Positions 62,344 through 64,000 of a stretch of 64,000 nt of DNA are shown here, one piece after another (position 1 is the first letter of the stretch; each line of letters begins with the position of its first letter). Position numbers and translations under genes: made by a program. The stretch covers positions 15,128,001 to 15,192,000 of the forward strand of contig CM069165.1 in the NCBI GenBank assembly GCA_035221665.1, in the 5' to 3' direction. The DNA is from Okamejei kenojei. Taxonomy: Eukaryota. The notes under the pieces were generated by a model. It saw nothing but the letters and a program-made list of their open reading frames with translations, did no database searches and had not been told where the DNA came from.

Positions 62344-64000
62344 CGCATTCACCCAGATCGCTTCGAGTTTTGTCAGCGTTTAGACCAGTCGCTTTGCCAG
62401 TTTCAATCAGATCACCGTGAAGAGGCACCAAACGGTGCCAACCACAACACGGCTTAAATGCTGAAAGCAACCTAATAACTTAGCAATAAGTTCTCATCCC
62501 TGAAGTTGGCTTTGAAAACAGCGGCTATTCAGTGGGAGATATTTATATTTAGATTGCTTCCAACAGTCTGAAGTATCCTCGGATGTATACTAAAAACAAT
62601 TATGTTGATGCTTGCATCTTCGTGTCAAATTGATTTTGCACGCGTGTCACTTGATATTGTGACATAAAAGGCACACTGGGAGGAAAGGAGATGGTTGAAT
62701 GAACAGTAAAATACGGTATCATGCTTCCAAGTGTCACTACGCTCAGTGAGAGCCGAGAAGTTTTTTTTTCACACTGAGCAGCGAGAACAGAGGTGCGGTC
62801 CGAATTGAATAGACCTGCTTTGTACTGTTATAGTAATGTTGGGAGTCAGAAGTGAAGAACGTTAACAGTCGGTTAGCTTTCTGACTGAAGCCAAGACCAA
62901 GACGACGTAGCAATCCCGATAAAAATAATTACACGCTCTTTGTTTTATTTGATATTTTATATATCTATTATATCTTCGCTAAACGATGCCACTCGCTTTG
63001 ACGAATGCTTTGGATGTATCCATCCAGCACGATCTCTCAGCTCATTAGTTTACGCGTTTAATTTAGGTCTCGGCTCCAATACAACAGTGATGATTAAAAA
63101 AAATCTAGAAAACGTTCCACATAATAAAAGGGTCGCTCAGAATTGTCACAAATTATCAACATCGCCTCGCCTGATGAGCATAATAGCAATTCCAAGGAAG
63201 ATTAGGTAAAATCATATCGTCTGCAATTACAGTAACAAGAATGAAAATGATTGATAACTTTATTATGTTTGTTCGGCATTGGGCCCCCTCTTTCCGCAGG
63301 CATACATTATCAGAAGTACAAAGTGGTGCAATAAATGCAACGAGCGTTTTGTTTTACAGGATGCAAGATGCTTAACATTCTTGCGCGACTAAATGATGTA
63401 TTTTAAATTGCATTTAGCATTAACCTTGTCAACGTAGCGTTGAAACAATCATACGTTGACGTTTCTCTTATGGCTAATCTCAATTTCTGAAATTAACATA
63501 TTTTTAATTTTAAGAAGATTCAACAAGCGTGCACATCATTTACAGTCTTCACCTCTATTTAAAATATTGCTTTATGTTTGGATACATCATAATCACACGG
63601 GATGGTTTGCACAAGACTTGATTCCATTTTATATGTCATGGCGTTTTTTGATCAAATCCAGTAGCTCACAATTTGAACACATTTTAAAGTAATTTTGCAG
63701 CCACGATTCACGTAAGGTTACATTTCTGAGGTTGGTGGAAGTTAGGAAGAGAATACATTAAATCAGGATGTATTAAAAATCGCGGCAACCCAACACGCGT
63801 TATTGATTGGAAATATAATATTGATATATTTCTGGGAAACTCGGAATTAACCTGCCAGAGCTTGAATGATTGCATACATTTGTTTCTTGGTCAAGACTAA
63901 AATATGTACCCTCCTACCCTTTTGCAGATTGTAATAACAATACTGATTTGTCGTAAAATTAGTTGCATAATAAAACGCATGGATGTGGCCATTGGATTAG

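Overview
Vertebrate genomic DNA; the repeat content (HE1-type tRNA SINEs, CR1 LINE 3' ends, Tx1 and Penelope relics) suggests a cartilaginous fish, probably a skate or ray (inference). The window is dominated by one minus-strand spliced gene of the anthrax toxin receptor family (ANTXR1-like). I traced 17 coding exons by hand from ATG 55563 to 7285 (1434 nt, 478 codons), all with GT-AG sites and consistent phase. They encode a signal peptide, a vWA domain with intact MIDAS, an Ig-like domain, a TM helix and the conserved cytoplasmic tail. No terminal exon was found, so it probably lies left of the window. The introns hold a DIRS1-type tyrosine-recombinase retrotransposon with its ITR/ICR termini and integration core readable, a nearly intact IR/DR Tc1 transposon, a Tx1 3' end, many CR1 pieces, SINEs, and Harbinger and hAT MITEs. 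The most interesting non-gene signals are: a dispersed family of short fold-back, TSD-flanked, probably Penelope-derived elements carrying a minimal hammerhead-ribozyme core; a near-perfect 102-bp palindrome; three different tandem arrays bracketing exon 1; and CpG-retaining non-coding blocks that look regulatory. Most ORFs in the supplied track are spurious or TE-derived. Family assignments come from remembered sequences, not database searches.
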